64,000 nucleotides of DNA, from positions 120-64,119 of the forward strand of contig JARIGQ010000006.1 in assembly GCA_029288775.1 (NCBI GenBank), read 5' to 3'. The notes below the pieces were generated by a model that did not search any database, was not told where the DNA came from, and saw only the letters and a program-made list of their open reading frames with translations. This document shows positions 19,199-28,498 of this stretch, in pieces; position 1 is the stretch's first letter; each line of letters opens with the position of its first letter. This DNA is from Candidatus Nomurabacteria bacterium. Lineage in GTDB: Bacteria > Patescibacteriota > Minisyncoccia > Phycocordibacterales > UBA5272. The translations under genes were made by a program, and so were the position numbers.

Positions 19199-19354
19199 CT
19201 ATTTTTTATAACCTTCCGCAGCTTCGATGTGACCGGAGGTAGCATTGTATTGCACATACGGTTTAGTGCGATCATCACGTAGAGGTCCACCGGTGATATA
19301 CCAGATGATCCAAATAATCCAAAAACCGACAAAGAGTTTTAAGAAAACTGACAT
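19199..19354 (-). CDS. Possible small membrane protein (51 aa)
   Basis: Hand translation gives MSVFLKLFVGFWIIWIIWYITGGPLRDDRTKPYVQYNATSGHIEAAEGYKK. One hydrophobic helix, no obvious SD. It lies between tRNA-Lys and fpg. Confidence 0.2.
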   Translation of the reverse strand: MSVFLKLFVGFWIIWIIWYITGGPLRDDRTKPYVQYNATSGHIEAAEGYKK

Positions 19355-19374
19355 ATAGAAGTAGTGTAGCAAAT

Positions 19375-20295
19375 TTATGCTTGGCAGACTTTGCAGAAGT
19401 GGGCCGATCTACCACCAATGGTTTGTTTTTCAATAAAACCAGTACACCCTCGAGTTTTACATTTTTCTCTGGTGCGCAAATAAACGAGGTGGTTTTCATG
19501 GAATGTTCCACGAGCTCCTTGGATGTTTCGATAATCACTTGTGGAGTCGCCGCCGAAATCAATACCTTTATGAAGTACTTCTTTCATTGCTTTGAAAAGC
19601 AACTTCCATTCCGTTTCACTTAAGCTGCGGGAGGTACGCATAGGAAGGATATGAGCACGGTGAAGCATTTCATCCGAATAGATATTCCCAATACCTGCGA
19701 TGATGGTTTGGTCCATGAGTACCGTTTTGATGGCGCGAGCAGGGGATTTCATTAGGCGTTCTTTGAAGTTCTGTACTGTGAAGTCCGTTTCAAGTGGTTC
19801 AGGACCAAGATGCTTGAAACGCTCAAGATGAAGTGAGTCGGTTTTTTCTACTACCACAGTTCCAAACTTTCTTGAGTCACAAAATACGAGGTGATGTTTA
19901 TCGGAAAGAGTAAACACCACATGAATATGACGATTGTAAGGATCGTTGAGCGGGGACTCTTTTTCGATTGGAATCCAAGACCATTCACGACCATTGTATG
20001 TTGGATTGTGTTTGTACTTGCCATACATAAGATGCCCAGTCATTTTCATGTGAATAATTATCGTGAAACCATTTTCAAGATCAATCAAAATATGTTTTGC
20101 GCGCCGGCGCACGTGAAGAATTGATTGATTGAGTACGTACTTTTTAATATACGGAAAATAACTACGATCTTTGATCGTGTTTTTGGAAAGTTTTGCAGTA
20201 GACCACATGTCCGTCCAGATGTCCGTAATGGAAAGACTAGGCAGGACTTTTTGGAGACCGGTGACAGTGGTGTGTACTTCGGGGAGTTCAGGCAT
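19375..20295 (-). CDS. fpg: Formamidopyrimidine-DNA glycosylase (Fpg/Nei family)
   Basis: Canonical N-terminus MPELPEV, an H2TH region, and a C-terminal zinc finger CKTRGC...CKVCQ. The track ORF extends upstream to 20442, but PELPEV must be at position 2-7, so the start is 20295. Confidence 0.85.
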   Translation of the reverse strand: MPELPEVHTTVTGLQKVLPSLSITDIWTDMWSTAKLSKNTIKDRSYFPYIKKYVLNQSILHVRRRAKHILIDLENGFTIIIHMKMTGHLMYGKYKHNPTYNGREWSWIPIEKESPLNDPYNRHIHVVFTLSDKHHLVFCDSRKFGTVVVEKTDSLHLERFKHLGPEPLETDFTVQNFKERLMKSPARAIKTVLMDQTIIAGIGNIYSDEMLHRAHILPMRTSRSLSETEWKLLFKAMKEVLHKGIDFGGDSTSDYRNIQGARGTFHENHLVYLRTREKCKTRGCTGFIEKQTIGGRSAHFCKVCQA

Positions 20296-20370
20296 GACAA
20301 GACTATACACAATATGATAGGGTACATACAAGCCCACAAGGATTTTTGTTCTCATACAAGGAGATAAACT

Positions 20371-20787
20371 ATGCCTTCCCGTAGACAGCGGAGAATCGCC
20401 AAGAAAGTGCAGCGTAACGCCGTCTTCCAAGGGCGCCAGCACGAAGGTTTGAATGAATCAGCCGAGCCGGAGCCTTCTCTCCCTGAACCGCCCGCTATCC
20501 AGGTAGTTGCAGAAACGTCTCCGGCTTTGGACACGATAGGGGTTGCCTCACCAACTCATATTCCCTCTACTTCGCCGGAACCGATCATCCTCCAGGAGGA
20601 TATCGGTAAGCTTCGCGATTTAGGTATATCGGTATACTTGGTCAAGCAGCTACGAAACGGAGGTGTTCCCCACGTTGCCGCTGTGAAGAGTCTCGGAGTG
20701 AAGGGACTGCAAAGCATTGGTCTGGGTCCCATCCAGATTGGAAAACTTCAAAGGACACTCGCGCCGCACGGTGTCGAGATCCGGTGA
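20371..20787 (+). CDS. Small GC-rich protein with tandem helix-hairpin-helix-like motifs
   Basis: About 57% GC. Basic N-terminus and a Pro/Ser-rich middle. C-terminal LGISVYLVKQL and LQSIGLGPIQIGKL match HhH (GIG) patterns. Strong terminator at 20801-20830. Confidence 0.45.
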   Translation: MPSRRQRRIAKKVQRNAVFQGRQHEGLNESAEPEPSLPEPPAIQVVAETSPALDTIGVASPTHIPSTSPEPIILQEDIGKLRDLGISVYLVKQLRNGGVPHVAAVKSLGVKGLQSIGLGPIQIGKLQRTLAPHGVEIR

Positions 20788-20836
20788 GGTTACACAAGGC
20801 AAAAGCCGCGCACACGTGCGCGGCTTTTTGATTTCT

Positions 20837-22102
20837 TTACTTTATCTTTTCTAATTCTTCGCGAGCAACTGTTGCATCATCCCAAGGAATCTTAGTACCA
20901 CGGGGTCCCATAATATAGGGGTCAGTACCTTTTCCGGATATGAGTACAGTGTCTCCAGGACGAGCAAGCGAGAATGCTTTAGCAATTGCTTCGCGTCTAT
21001 CGATAATGATATGTGGTGTATGATGGGTTACTCCCGAAGCCACTTCACTAATAATCTTAAGCGGGTCTTCATCATAAGGATCTTCATTGGTGATGATAAT
21101 GTCGTCACAATATTCATCCGCAATTTTTCCAAGCACTGGGCGCTTCCATGAATCACGTCCACCTCCTGTGGAACCTAAAACTGCAATCTTTCGAGAAGTT
21201 GAAAACGTCTCATAGAGTTTGCGGAGCGAATCATCGGTATGCGCATAGTCGACAATTACGGTAAACGCTTGGCCGGCATCTACTCGTTCTACTCGTCCGC
21301 GAATAAGCGACAAAGACTCAATGCCGCGCTTGGCATCATCTCGAGAAATACCTAGTTCTTCTGCAAGCGTGAGTGCAGCGAGTGCGTTTGAAATATTAAA
21401 CCGTCCCGGAAGAGGAATGGTAATTTCTGTTCCACGCCATTTGATAATGCTTGATTCATTGGTTTCGGAAAGAAGCTCGGCATCTTTAAGTGAATAACCC
21501 ATATTTTTTTCTACAGGATAAATGAGGAAGGACGGTCCGTGTTCATTATCAATATTGGCAATTGAAAGGCGTACTTTTTTATTGCTATGTGCGAGACGCT
21601 TCACGAGACGAAGCTTGGCTGCTTTATATTTGGCAAAGGAACCATGACTTTCAATGTGCTCAGGGGAGAGGTTGGTAAAAATAAGCGCATCCATTTCTAC
21701 ACCGAGATGACGATAAAAGCGCGCGCCTTCCGAGGTCATTTCCATAACGACGTAGTCACATCCTGCATCCACCGCATCACGCAAAAATTTCTGTACGAAA
21801 AATCTTCCCGGCATAGTCATTTTATATTTATTAGGACGAGAATCAGTTCCAATTTTAAATCGAATGGTGGAAAGCACAGCGGTCTTCTTGCCTCCTGCTT
21901 CAAGGATTGCGTTTACAAATTCCGTGGTTGAAGATTTTCCTTTGGTGCCTGTAATTCCAATTACGTGGATGTGGCGCGAAGGGTGTCGATAGAGCGCTAT
22001 ACCAAGTGCGGCTAACAGGAAATGGTAAAGTGGCTGAAAGAAACGATAGACTTTTTTTGGAATTATTTTTTCAATTGTACGCAATACTTTTTCCATATAC
22101 AT
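20837..22102 (-). CDS. Mur ligase family protein (MurE/MurT-like), membrane-anchored N-terminus
   Basis: GITGTKGKSSTT P-loop of Mur ligases, VVMEMTSEG (compare MurE EVSSHG), and a C-terminal Mur ligase domain. It lacks a MurE-type N-terminal domain, so the exact member is uncertain. Confidence 0.65.
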   Translation of the reverse strand: MYMEKVLRTIEKIIPKKVYRFFQPLYHFLLAALGIALYRHPSRHIHVIGITGTKGKSSTTEFVNAILEAGGKKTAVLSTIRFKIGTDSRPNKYKMTMPGRFFVQKFLRDAVDAGCDYVVMEMTSEGARFYRHLGVEMDALIFTNLSPEHIESHGSFAKYKAAKLRLVKRLAHSNKKVRLSIANIDNEHGPSFLIYPVEKNMGYSLKDAELLSETNESSIIKWRGTEITIPLPGRFNISNALAALTLAEELGISRDDAKRGIESLSLIRGRVERVDAGQAFTVIVDYAHTDDSLRKLYETFSTSRKIAVLGSTGGGRDSWKRPVLGKIADEYCDDIIITNEDPYDEDPLKIISEVASGVTHHTPHIIIDRREAIAKAFSLARPGDTVLISGKGTDPYIMGPRGTKIPWDDATVAREELEKIK

Positions 22103-22104
22103 TA

Positions 22105-22665
22105 TTATTTCATTTTACTTAAAGCGTCTTTAATAAGAAGGGAAGTGCTCGGCTGATTGGCATCTACCTTTTGAAGAACATCATGTATTTCTTTTGAGGA
22201 ATAACCAAGCGCTTCAAGTGCAAGACGTACTTCAAACAAAGCATCAGGCTTACTCGCATCTTGGAATCGAGAGAGTTTACCTTTGAGCTCGAGAATGATT
22301 TTTTCTGCAGTTTTTTTACCAATGCCGGGGGAATGGGAGAGGGCTTGGGCATCACCTTGCTCAACCGCGTCTGCTATTGAGGCTGGCGAATGTACCGAAA
22401 GCATGCCGAGCGCAGACTTTGGGCCAATGCCAGAAACATTAATGAGATGTTCAAATACCTCAAGCTCACTTTTTTGTTCGAAGCCAAACAAAGCAAGTTG
22501 GTCTTCGCGCACATGTGTATGGATATGAAGCTCAATCTCAGATCCCGGTACTTTTGAAAGCAATAAAGGAAGAGGGGAAAGTACACGATAACCTACACCG
22601 CCAGTTAGAACAATGATTTCTTTTTCTGACACAGCGCCCACTACGCCTTTGAGGTACCCAATCAT
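22105..22665 (-). CDS. ruvA: Holliday junction DNA helicase RuvA
   Basis: OB fold MIGYLKGVV...VGYRV, tandem HhH VSGIGPKSALGMLS and PGIGKKTAEKIILEL, and a C-terminal domain III. Confidence 0.9.
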   Translation of the reverse strand: MIGYLKGVVGAVSEKEIIVLTGGVGYRVLSPLPLLLSKVPGSEIELHIHTHVREDQLALFGFEQKSELEVFEHLINVSGIGPKSALGMLSVHSPASIADAVEQGDAQALSHSPGIGKKTAEKIILELKGKLSRFQDASKPDALFEVRLALEALGYSSKEIHDVLQKVDANQPSTSLLIKDALSKMK

Positions 22666-22750
22666 GGAAAAAGTATAGCATGTGGCTATCAGCGCTTGTC
22701 TTGAAAAATAAGCTACTTTGTGGTATAGTTGGAGCTACTTATATAAAGAT

Positions 22751-23017
22751 ATGGCAATTACAAAAAACGCAAAGAAAGCACAGCGCGTAAGTCTCCGCAG
22801 ACGAGTCGTGAATGACGCCCGTCGTCGCACTATGAAGGAAGCGGTTAAGGAAGTGCGCGCAGGTGCCGCAAAGAAGGATCACCAGGCGATTGTAAGCTCG
22901 CTTCCGCTCGCTTACAAGGCGCTCGACAAGGCCGCAAAGAAAGGTATTATCAAGAAAGGTACTGCTGACCGCAAGAAGGCTCGCCTAGCCAAGGCTGTAG
23001 CTAAAGTTTCCAAATAA
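22751..23017 (+). CDS. rpsT: 30S ribosomal protein S20
   Basis: MAITKNAKKAQRVSLRRRVVNDARRRTMKEAVK..., a basic 88-aa S20. The track ORF has an 11-codon upstream extension that is unlikely to be real. Confidence 0.85.
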   Translation: MAITKNAKKAQRVSLRRRVVNDARRRTMKEAVKEVRAGAAKKDHQAIVSSLPLAYKALDKAAKKGIIKKGTADRKKARLAKAVAKVSK

Positions 23018-23049
23018 CTCTCTCCGGAGCACTGTAGGTGCCCGGTATT

Positions 23050-23121
23050 GCTCTCGTAGTTCAATGGATAGAATGCAAGTTTGCGGTACTTGCGATCTAG
23101 GTTCGATTCCTGGCGAGAGCA
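23050..23121 (+). tRNA. tRNA-Arg with the unusual anticodon GCG
   Basis: Hand fold: acceptor GCTCTCG/CGAGAGC, D arm GTTC-AATGGATA-GAAT, anticodon stem CAAGT/ACTTG, loop TTGCGGT, T loop TTCGATT. Followed by a terminator at about 23130-23162. Confidence 0.55.
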
Positions 23122-23228
23122 CCTGAAATAAAAACCACCCGAATAAAGCAGGTGGTTTTTATTTAACAAAAAAGTTTCTGTTGTATACCAAACAGAAAAC
23201 ACACTCTCGGGTGTGTTTCTACTTCTTT

Positions 23229-23513
23229 CTATTCATAAGGAATTTGTAGCACGATACGGAATCGTACCCCGCACATCTCTTTAATAGGTTGATATTCAAT
23301 ACTGGAAAAAGCTAAAGGAAAACTCCTCTTCACTGTATGGAGATACTCGTCGTCTGTTTCCATAAGTACTTTTCTTTTCCGAGAAGATTTTCCTGGTAGA
23401 AGTTTTCGTAAGATGCTTTGCGGGAGCGTGTGGGGCGGGTTACTTTCAGTCCTTACCACCGTGAAGGATTCAAAGTGGCCGGGTTGATGGATGAGATAAA
23501 ACATTTCTGGCAT
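23229..23513 (-). CDS. Hypothetical protein (94 aa)
   Basis: Good SD (GGAGGT, 7 nt before the ATG). No recognisable motifs. Confidence 0.4.
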   Translation of the reverse strand: MPEMFYLIHQPGHFESFTVVRTESNPPHTLPQSILRKLLPGKSSRKRKVLMETDDEYLHTVKRSFPLAFSSIEYQPIKEMCGVRFRIVLQIPYE

Positions 23514-23752
23514 CGGATACCTCCGGAAAGAGCTAGTATTGCGCCTACTCTATACCCGGAACGTGCAAATGTCTATATAAAAACGAAAGCAGCCCAAAAG
23601 CTGCCTTCTCTATTAGAGTATGTCGGACGAGAGACGAAATTCTTACATAACCTTTTTTCCGCCTCATTGTAAGAATGCAAAATAAGCTTACGTCACCAAG
23701 TGACAGGCAGAGCCCTTCCTTTAGGTGTGTCACCTGCATAATCCCGCCTCTC

Positions 23753-23944
23753 ATGAAAAAGATTCTCCTCCAATCTTCATTTGTACTCTTGTTTCTTGCT
23801 GTTCTTGGTCTAACTGTTCTGGTTGTACCTATAGCGTGGCATCTCTTGGAAGAAACCTCATTTAAGTTTGTAGGACTTTTTCTCATTCTTATTGTCGCAT
23901 CGAATGTCCTTTCCAAATTGGCAGTTAAATTCATTACTACATAA
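23753..23944 (+). CDS. Small membrane protein (63 aa) immediately upstream of the GT2 synthase
   Basis: MKKILLQSSFVLLFLAVLGLTVLVVPIAWHLL... with two TM helices. 3-nt gap to the next gene. It competes with an antisense ORF at 23545-23985. Confidence 0.3.
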   Translation: MKKILLQSSFVLLFLAVLGLTVLVVPIAWHLLEETSFKFVGLFLILIVASNVLSKLAVKFITT

Positions 23945-23947
23945 TAT

Positions 23948-25315
23948 ATGTCTCCAAGTACTAGAAAATATATCGTCATTATCATCCTCTATCTTATTAC
24001 TGGAGCTTTGATTTGGTCTACGATGGTATTTACTCCAACGGAAATGAATAGCTTCGCTCTCTTTAGGTTGTTCATTATTACCTTTGCCACCATCCTTCTT
24101 ACAAAGTATTTTCTCTATATGTTTTTGAGTCCGTGGTATGACGTACAAATGGCTATTGAGCGCCAGCTTCTTAAAGAAAGAAGAAAAGCACCATTTAATC
24201 CTAAAGTATCCGTAGTTGTACCCGCCTGGAATGAAGAAGTTGGTTTGGTAAAAACCATCAAGACCATTTTAGAAAGTAAGCATCGAAATTTGGAAGTTGT
24301 GGTGGTGAATGATGGCTCTACTGATAATTCAGATCGATTGATGCGAGAATTCATTGCTGAGTATGAGGGTGAGCATGATGAACAGGATCGCATTCCTATT
24401 ATTTATCATTACAAGCAAAATGCCGGCAAGGGGCATGCTCTTAATGATGGCATTCGCTTATCATCTGGCGATATTATTCTTTCTATTGATGCGGATTGTG
24501 TGCTCTTACCTACCACAATTGGAAATTTCATTTCCTATTTTGAAAATCCAAAAGTAATGGCGGCGGTGGGTAACGTAAAAGTAGGTAATCAGGCAAGCTT
24601 ACTTGAGACTTTGCAATATTTGGAATTTCTTTTTTCTTTCTATTTCAAAAAGGCAGATTCTCTCATGAACGCTATCTACATTATAGGTGGTGCAGCAGGC
24701 GCTTTCCGTCGGGAAGTATTTGAGGAAATTGGTCTCTACAATTCTTCAAACATTACCGAAGACATTGATCTCTCGGTTCGCATTCAAAAGGCGGGCATGA
24801 AAGTAGTATATGCAGCAGATGCAATCGTTTACACGGAAGGGGCGTCCACCTTCAAAGGGCTTGCAGCACAGCGTTTGAGATGGAAACGCGGGCGCTTCCA
24901 GACCTTTATTGAACATAAGGCAATGTTTTTTAGCGAAACCGAAAAGCATAACAAGATACTTACCTGGCTTATTATGCCACTTGCATTGTTTGGTGAAATT
25001 CAGCTTTTCTTTGAAGTGATTTTCATTGGTTTTCTCTATGTGTATTCATTCATGACACAAGACTTTACTTCTTTTATGTCAGGTATTGTGGTTGTGAGTG
25101 CAATGTTTTTTGTGCAGATTATTGACGATAAAAATATTAAGAAACGAAATTTAGTAATGCTTTATCTTCTGGCTCCAATTGGATGGTTGCTCTTTTACGT
25201 GACGACGGCAATTGAGTATCGTGCGCTCGTAAAATCCGTATGGGGATTAGCAACAGGGAAGGAGCTTGCATGGCAAAAGTGGCAGCGTGTTGGTATACAA
25301 GTACACAAATCATGA
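23948..25315 (+). CDS. Processive family-2 glycosyltransferase (PgaC/IcaA/NodC/cellulose-synthase-like polysaccharide synthase)
   Basis: N-terminal TM helices. VVVPAWNEE, VVNDGSTDNS, DAD in SIDADCVL, TED in NITEDIDL, QRLRWKRG (the QxxRW processivity motif), and C-terminal TM helices. Confidence 0.8.
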   Translation: MSPSTRKYIVIIILYLITGALIWSTMVFTPTEMNSFALFRLFIITFATILLTKYFLYMFLSPWYDVQMAIERQLLKERRKAPFNPKVSVVVPAWNEEVGLVKTIKTILESKHRNLEVVVVNDGSTDNSDRLMREFIAEYEGEHDEQDRIPIIYHYKQNAGKGHALNDGIRLSSGDIILSIDADCVLLPTTIGNFISYFENPKVMAAVGNVKVGNQASLLETLQYLEFLFSFYFKKADSLMNAIYIIGGAAGAFRREVFEEIGLYNSSNITEDIDLSVRIQKAGMKVVYAADAIVYTEGASTFKGLAAQRLRWKRGRFQTFIEHKAMFFSETEKHNKILTWLIMPLALFGEIQLFFEVIFIGFLYVYSFMTQDFTSFMSGIVVVSAMFFVQIIDDKNIKKRNLVMLYLLAPIGWLLFYVTTAIEYRALVKSVWGLATGKELAWQKWQRVGIQVHKS

Positions 25316-26892
25316 AGCAGAAATTTTTTATTGCACTCTATACGATAGGTATTGTTATAGCGGTGGGTCTTTTTACGGGTATCGTAACGATATTGCGTCG
25401 CGCTCCCATAGAACCGCTTTCTCCGGAAGAGCGTACTGACGTTGCTCTTTCGCAATACGCAGAGCGACCCAATTCAACAACCACCTATGGCACATCAAAT
25501 ATTCCTGTTTTTTTGACACCATACATTTTCCCAAACAAGGAACCTCTTGCTCCTGGGTGTTCACTTAGGTTTGCTTTGGATCCGGTGAAAAAAGCAGTAG
25601 AACCAGGGGGAACGATCGATTATCGCATTACCATTTCCAATCAAGGTAAAGATACATGCCAGAACACAAGCCTGTCTTTGTACTATTCGAGCATTGAACA
25701 TTATATGGCCTCAGATCCAAAACCAACCGCAAGCGACTACTATTGGTCCTTTGGTGACATTGGTTCGGCTAAAGCAGCTACCATTTCCCTTACTACCAAA
25801 AATACCGCTTCCAATGGTCAGGACATTATTTCAGAAGGGTGTGTAAGTGCAGACAATACTTCAGATGTATGTTCACAAACGGTTATTTTTGTGGAATCTG
25901 GAGCATCCAAAACGCCCGGGTTAGCTGATACCCTGGCACCAGGATTATTGTCGAAAGTAAAAGCGAGTGTCTCCAGTGCGCTCTCCGGAAATGACTTTAA
26001 AGTAAGCCCTTCTAAAGAATTGGGAATTTGGGTGTGGGATTCTCCTAAAAAGATGACTACAGCGTACGCGTCAAAAGTAATTAGTGTTTCTCATTCCAAC
26101 GGGTTCAATGTCATCTATCTCACTATCGATGATTATGTTCCTATTAGTCAGGAATCCGGTTCGCAAAAAGATCAAGATACCAAGGAGTATATGAAGGCAC
26201 TTGCGGCTTTTGTGCAATCTGCTCAGCAATCTGGTATTCAAGTAGATGCGGTGGGAGGGGCAAAAGATTGGGCATTGCCGGAGAATCGCTGGAAAGGGTA
26301 TGCGCTTATTGATTTTGTAAAACTCTATAATGAGACCTATCCTAACGCTCCCATTCGGAATCTGCAGTACGACGTTGAACCGTATCTCTTGAGTGATTAT
26401 GATTCAGACAAAGCATCCATTCTAAAACAGTACGTCGAGTTTATCGATCAATCTGCACAGCGTATGAAGGAAGTGCCGGCCGGATTTTCGGTGGTTATTC
26501 CACATTTCTATGATAAGAATCAAAATTGGACTCCTTCTATTACGTATAATGGTGTCAATGCATATACCTATACACAACTTCTTCGTGTATTGGCTCAGAA
26601 AAATAACACCGAGATGCTTATTATGGCGTACCGAAACTTCTTAGATGGAGATAATGGGGTGCAAAAAATTTCTCAGGAAGAAATTCAAGAAGCATCCTCA
26701 GGAAATTATCATACAAAAATAATTGTTGCACAGGAAACAGGAGATGTGTCTCCGGATTATGTAACCTTCCATGATTACCCGAAGGTGTCCTTATATGACG
26801 CTCTTTCTCAGATTCAGAGTCGTTTCGGGTCGTATCGAAGTTTTGGCGGAACAGCTGTTCACTATTTCGATTCGTTTATGAAATTGGAATAA
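25312..26892 (+). CDS. Membrane-anchored extracellular protein partner of the GT2 synthase, with a possible TIM-barrel glycoside-hydrolase-like domain
   Basis: ATGA start/stop overlap with the synthase, which implies translational coupling. N-terminal TM helix, a beta-sandwich-like region (TIDYRITISNQGKD) and a large C-terminal domain (ELGIWVWDSP...NVIYLTIDDY) reminiscent of GH114/PgaB-C-type hydrolases. The assignment is tentative. Confidence 0.45.
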   Translation: MKQKFFIALYTIGIVIAVGLFTGIVTILRRAPIEPLSPEERTDVALSQYAERPNSTTTYGTSNIPVFLTPYIFPNKEPLAPGCSLRFALDPVKKAVEPGGTIDYRITISNQGKDTCQNTSLSLYYSSIEHYMASDPKPTASDYYWSFGDIGSAKAATISLTTKNTASNGQDIISEGCVSADNTSDVCSQTVIFVESGASKTPGLADTLAPGLLSKVKASVSSALSGNDFKVSPSKELGIWVWDSPKKMTTAYASKVISVSHSNGFNVIYLTIDDYVPISQESGSQKDQDTKEYMKALAAFVQSAQQSGIQVDAVGGAKDWALPENRWKGYALIDFVKLYNETYPNAPIRNLQYDVEPYLLSDYDSDKASILKQYVEFIDQSAQRMKEVPAGFSVVIPHFYDKNQNWTPSITYNGVNAYTYTQLLRVLAQKNNTEMLIMAYRNFLDGDNGVQKISQEEIQEASSGNYHTKIIVAQETGDVSPDYVTFHDYPKVSLYDALSQIQSRFGSYRSFGGTAVHYFDSFMKLE

Positions 26893-26983
26893 AAGATAGC
26901 TTCATACCTGCGATGTACAAAGGTGAGATTCTGTCACCAGAAATTAAAAAGCCAGAGCTTATTGCTCTGGCTTTTTAATTGTG

Positions 26984-27070
26984 CGGAGGAGGTGAGATTC
27001 GAACTCACGGTCCGGTTGCCCAGACTCCTGTTTTCAAGACAGGTGCAATCGACCACTCTGCCACTCCTCC
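26984..27070 (-). tRNA. tRNA-Ser (anticodon UGA), type II
   Basis: Hand fold: acceptor GGAGGAG/CTCCTCC, anticodon loop CUUGAAA, long variable arm AGTCTGGGCAACCGGACC, T loop TTCGAAT. Terminator hairpin at 26947-26978. Confidence 0.85.
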
Positions 27071-27120
27071 GTGTCTATGGACAACCGGACATTAATGATA
27101 GCTCCGGTTGAACAGAATTC

Positions 27121-27150
27121 TGTTTGGCAGACTGGTCGATCGACCACTCT
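27121..27150 (-). repeat. Degenerate duplicate of the 5' segment of tRNA-Ser (pseudo-tRNA fragment)
   Basis: The 21-nt ATCGACCACTCTGCCACTCCT repeats the tRNA-Ser 5' end (27050-27070), then diverges into a palindrome, ACAGAATTCTGT. Confidence 0.4.
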
Positions 27151-27248
27151 GCCACTCCTTCAATTCGATTGTCGTACTACTCTATCATAAATGGTTCCTT
27201 TTTGAAATATGTCGCTTTGTGGTTCGGCACCTTATATACTACTTACAT

Positions 27249-27593
27249 ATGAAAAAATTTTTAGTGCTATTTTCAATGCCGCATGAAGGCATGGAGGAGT
27301 GGATGAAGACTGATGAAGCAACCCGCAAAGAAGCTGAAGCTAAAATGAAGGCGGATTGGGATGCGTGGATGATGTCTCATAAGGATATGATTCTCGAAAC
27401 TGCTGGTGCAGGTAAGATGACAAAAGTAACTCAGGGCGCGTCAGAGGATTCACACAATGACATTATGCTGTATGCCCTGGTACAAGGGGAAGATAAAGAA
27501 AGTGTTGTGAAAATGTTTGAAGCTCATCCACATCTTGGCATTCCGGGTTCATGGATTGAAGTCATGGAAGCAAACACTATTCCGCTTAGCTAG
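27249..27593 (+). CDS. Hypothetical protein (114 aa)
   Basis: MKKFLVLFSMPHEGMEEWMK... The track ORF starts at 27108, but that extension runs across the tRNA fragment. The internal Met at 27249 is preferred. Confidence 0.35.
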   Translation: MKKFLVLFSMPHEGMEEWMKTDEATRKEAEAKMKADWDAWMMSHKDMILETAGAGKMTKVTQGASEDSHNDIMLYALVQGEDKESVVKMFEAHPHLGIPGSWIEVMEANTIPLS

Positions 27594-27676
27594 CACTGGC
27601 TAATACTCAGAGCTCCTTGCTATACTTTGGGCATGGATACTAAGGTACTTGATGAACCAAGGGAAGGCATTAGCGT

Positions 27677-28132
27677 ATGAAAGTATTAGGTATTGATTTT
27701 GGAACTAAAAAGGTTGGATTTGCACAGTCAGATGACGAGGGACGACTTGCTTTTCCGTTGATGATTTCCCCTAATGATGCGCAGCTTTTGAAGGACACGA
27801 TGGAACTCATTCGAGAAATGAAGTTTTCTACTGTGGTGATTGGAGAAAGTGTAGATCAAAAAGGAAAGGCAAATCCTATTGCTAAGGAAGCTCGTGCGTT
27901 TGGCAAAAAATTGGAGGATGCATGCGATGTCCAGATTGTTTTTGAGAAGGAATGGTATTCCACCGTAGAGGCTCGCAAACAGCCTGGGAAGGAGGGGTCG
28001 CATGATGTAGATGATCAGGCGGCTGCGATCGTGCTTCAGCGTTATTTGGATAAGGTAAACGGTCCAGGAGTAGCAGAGGAGGAAACACTTGAGGATGAGG
28101 AAGAAAGTGACGGCGATGCAGATAATTGGTAG
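27677..28132 (+). CDS. ruvX: Putative pre-16S rRNA nuclease / Holliday-junction-resolvase-like YqgF (RuvX)
   Basis: LGIDFGTKKVGFAQSD, VVIGESVD and a DDQAAAIVLQRYLD-type C-terminal motif, all characteristic of YqgF/RuvX. Acidic tail. Confidence 0.8.
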   Translation: MKVLGIDFGTKKVGFAQSDDEGRLAFPLMISPNDAQLLKDTMELIREMKFSTVVIGESVDQKGKANPIAKEARAFGKKLEDACDVQIVFEKEWYSTVEARKQPGKEGSHDVDDQAAAIVLQRYLDKVNGPGVAEEETLEDEEESDGDADNW

Positions 28133-28141
28133 AGTGGAAGT

Positions 28142-28498
28142 ATGAATCAAGAAGAACCACAAGCTACTCCTACCTACGCCTCCATTGAGGATTTTCAGAA
28201 AATAGAATTGCGTCTAGGTACCGTGCTTTCTGTTGATGTTGTTGAAGGAGCAGACAAATTATATTTACTAAAAGTAGATTTTGGAGAAGCTACCCCACGA
28301 CAAATCTTATCAGGCATTCGTGAGTTTGTTTCGCCTGAAGCGCTTCTTCATAAGCAATTTCCTTTTGTTACCAATCTTCCTCCGCGTATGCTGCGTGGTC
28401 ATGAATCGGAGGGGATGATTTTGGCTGCATCTTATGCTGAGCAACTTGCCCTTCTTAATCCAACCACTCCTCTTCCAAATGGAACACGCCTCCGATAA
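28142..28498 (+). CDS. tRNA-binding domain protein (CsaA/YgjH/Myf type)
   Basis: FQKIELRLGTV...ADKLYLLKVDFGE...RQILSGIR...VTNLPPRMLRGHESEGMILA matches the tRNA_bind (EMAP/MetRS C-terminal-like) OB fold. Confidence 0.7.
   Translation: MNQEEPQATPTYASIEDFQKIELRLGTVLSVDVVEGADKLYLLKVDFGEATPRQILSGIREFVSPEALLHKQFPFVTNLPPRMLRGHESEGMILAASYAEQLALLNPTTPLPNGTRLR

Noticed and set aside
19275-19562. 95-aa minus-strand ORF overlapping the 3' end of fpg
   Set aside because: It is in an alternative frame of the well-supported fpg zinc-finger region and has no independent signals.
23545-23985. 146-aa minus-strand ORF antisense to the small TM gene and to the start of the GT2 synthase
   Set aside because: It would overlap the synthase start and RBS. 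The plus-strand small TM ORF, in operon with the synthase, is more parsimonious, though neither is certain.
26923-27111. 62-aa ORF and the 5' part of ORF 27108-27593 across the tRNA-Ser region
   Set aside because: The sequence folds into a canonical type II tRNA-Ser on the opposite strand, and the ORFs have no RBS. Only the distal part, from the Met at 27249, is kept as a possible gene.
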